Below the pieces are notes generated by a model, which was given only the letters and a program-made list of their open reading frames with translations, was not told the origin of the DNA and did no database searches. A DNA stretch of 64,000 nucleotides from a virus. Made by a program: the position numbers and the translations under genes. The stretch lies in the IMG/VR virus record IMGVR_UViG_3300027849_000009, one strand, 5' to 3'. Shown here in pieces: positions 63,056 to 64,000 of this stretch (the stretch's first letter is position 1; every line of letters starts with the position of its first letter).

Positions 63056-63837
63056 AAAGATTAATATATCAAGTAGCAGTAGGCAAACCTTCGAAGTTAT
63101 ATGCAACGTGTATAGAGACAGTCTCCTTATATTGCGAACGTCATGGTATAGAGCATATCGTACAGACAACTCCTAAACTTAGAATCAAACCCGACATCTT
63201 TACCACGGGTCGTAGCACTGAGTCATACAGTAAACATGGTGGTTTTCTACCTATCTTCGAGAAAGAGAATGCGTTCGATCTCCTTGATTCTTATGACCAG
63301 ATTGCTATAGTTGATGCTGACATATTCATACGTGAAGACGCTCCTAATATCTTCGATGATTTCGGAACAGATCGTGCGTTCGGTGCAGTCATTGAGCGAG
63401 AGATGCCTATCACTAGAGAGTATCAGAACAAGATACAAAACTACTCTAATATGCAGTACGCTGGATTACACACACCTCAAGTTGACTTCAAACCTAACAG
63501 ATTAGGATTCGAGTTCGCTAACATGGGTCTAATTCTACTGAACAGTAAGTTGTTTAAACCTTATCTTAAAGGACAGACAGCAAAACAGTTTCTAAATCGT
63601 ATTGAGTTTAAACCATTCGTTGATGGTATCAATGCTTGGAAATGGTCTACAGATCAGACTCTATTGAACTATTTCATAAAAAAAGAGAAGGTTTCGTTTA
63701 AATCGCTTGACTTTAGATGGAATGGTCTGTATACTGTAAATACAAAGATAACTGAATGCTACTTCGTTCACTTCTTTCTGAAAGATAAACTGCCGAATGG
63801 TGGTGAGAATGTAAGCGAGTTAATAGGAAACATATGA
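63052..63837 (+). CDS. GT-A glycosyltransferase (GT8/GT34-like)
   Basis: DAD motif (IVDADIF), N.G..L, DQTLLNY, WN, HF. Confidence 0.75.
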   Translation: MKRLIYQVAVGKPSKLYATCIETVSLYCERHGIEHIVQTTPKLRIKPDIFTTGRSTESYSKHGGFLPIFEKENAFDLLDSYDQIAIVDADIFIREDAPNIFDDFGTDRAFGAVIEREMPITREYQNKIQNYSNMQYAGLHTPQVDFKPNRLGFEFANMGLILLNSKLFKPYLKGQTAKQFLNRIEFKPFVDGINAWKWSTDQTLLNYFIKKEKVSFKSLDFRWNGLYTVNTKITECYFVHFFLKDKLPNGGENVSELIGNI

Positions 63838-64000
63838 AGTCATACGAAGATAAAACCCAGAAGTACAGTACGTGGGGAGATAAACTTCTCCAACATACTG
63901 ACCTTCTGGCGTCCATACAGATAGAAGATAAGTTTAAACCAGTTACAGTTCAACTGTCGCTATGTGAGATGTGTGACAGTGATTGTCCGTTCTGCTCTGT
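63834..64000 (+). CDS. Radical SAM enzyme, 3' truncated by window
   Basis: MKSYEDK...CDSDCPFC (CxxxCxxC). Confidence 0.7.
   Translation, partial: MKSYEDKTQKYSTWGDKLLQHTDLLASIQIEDKFKPVTVQLSLCEMCDSDCPFCS

Noticed and set aside
550-63916. Minus-strand ORFs and alternate-frame plus-strand ORFs in the track
   Set aside because: They overlap well-supported + strand genes, lack SDs and motifs, and look like codon-bias shadows.
1-64000. tRNA/rRNA genes, stop-codon reassignment, DGR or retron elements
   Set aside because: No cloverleaf was recognised in the short intergenic gaps, known genes are intact in the standard code, and no reverse transcriptase was found. A tRNAscan/Infernal run would be needed to exclude RNA genes formally.

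Overview
This 64-kb window comes from a T4-like myovirus genome (about 40% GC by eye, probably marine, Gram-negative and likely gammaproteobacterial host). Essentially all real genes are on the + strand; the minus-strand ORFs in the track look like shadows. Layout: (1) replication module at 1-12.3 kb (gp45, gp44, DexA-like, gp62, regA, hsp20, gp43, AEP-type primase, UvsX, gp41). (2) A long hypervariable region at about 12.3-40 kb with small early genes and auxiliary genes (peroxiredoxin, MazG, UDP-glucose dehydrogenases, GroES, MetK, dCMP deaminase, 2OG-Fe(II) oxygenase, spanins, IscA, epimerase, HD hydrolase). Eleven of its sigma70-type promoters carry one of two repeated, helically phased upstream operator families. 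(3) A late-promoter-driven seven-gene block of exported and membrane proteins with pilin-like and chaperone-like members at 27.6-31.3 kb. (4) A block at 41.6-50.3 kb of proteins with T4 internal-protein-like N-termini, including a ligase-fold protein, an HxGH nucleotidyltransferase and a 666-aa polyprotein built from cassettes joined by repeated ESVELDE linkers. (5) NrdA with an inserted glutaredoxin, NrdB, two carbamoyltransferases, PhoH, endolysin, and a glycosyltransferase/radical-SAM cluster running off the right end. No tRNA, rRNA, CRISPR array, intron or intein was recognised. All product calls come from motif recognition by eye, not database searches.
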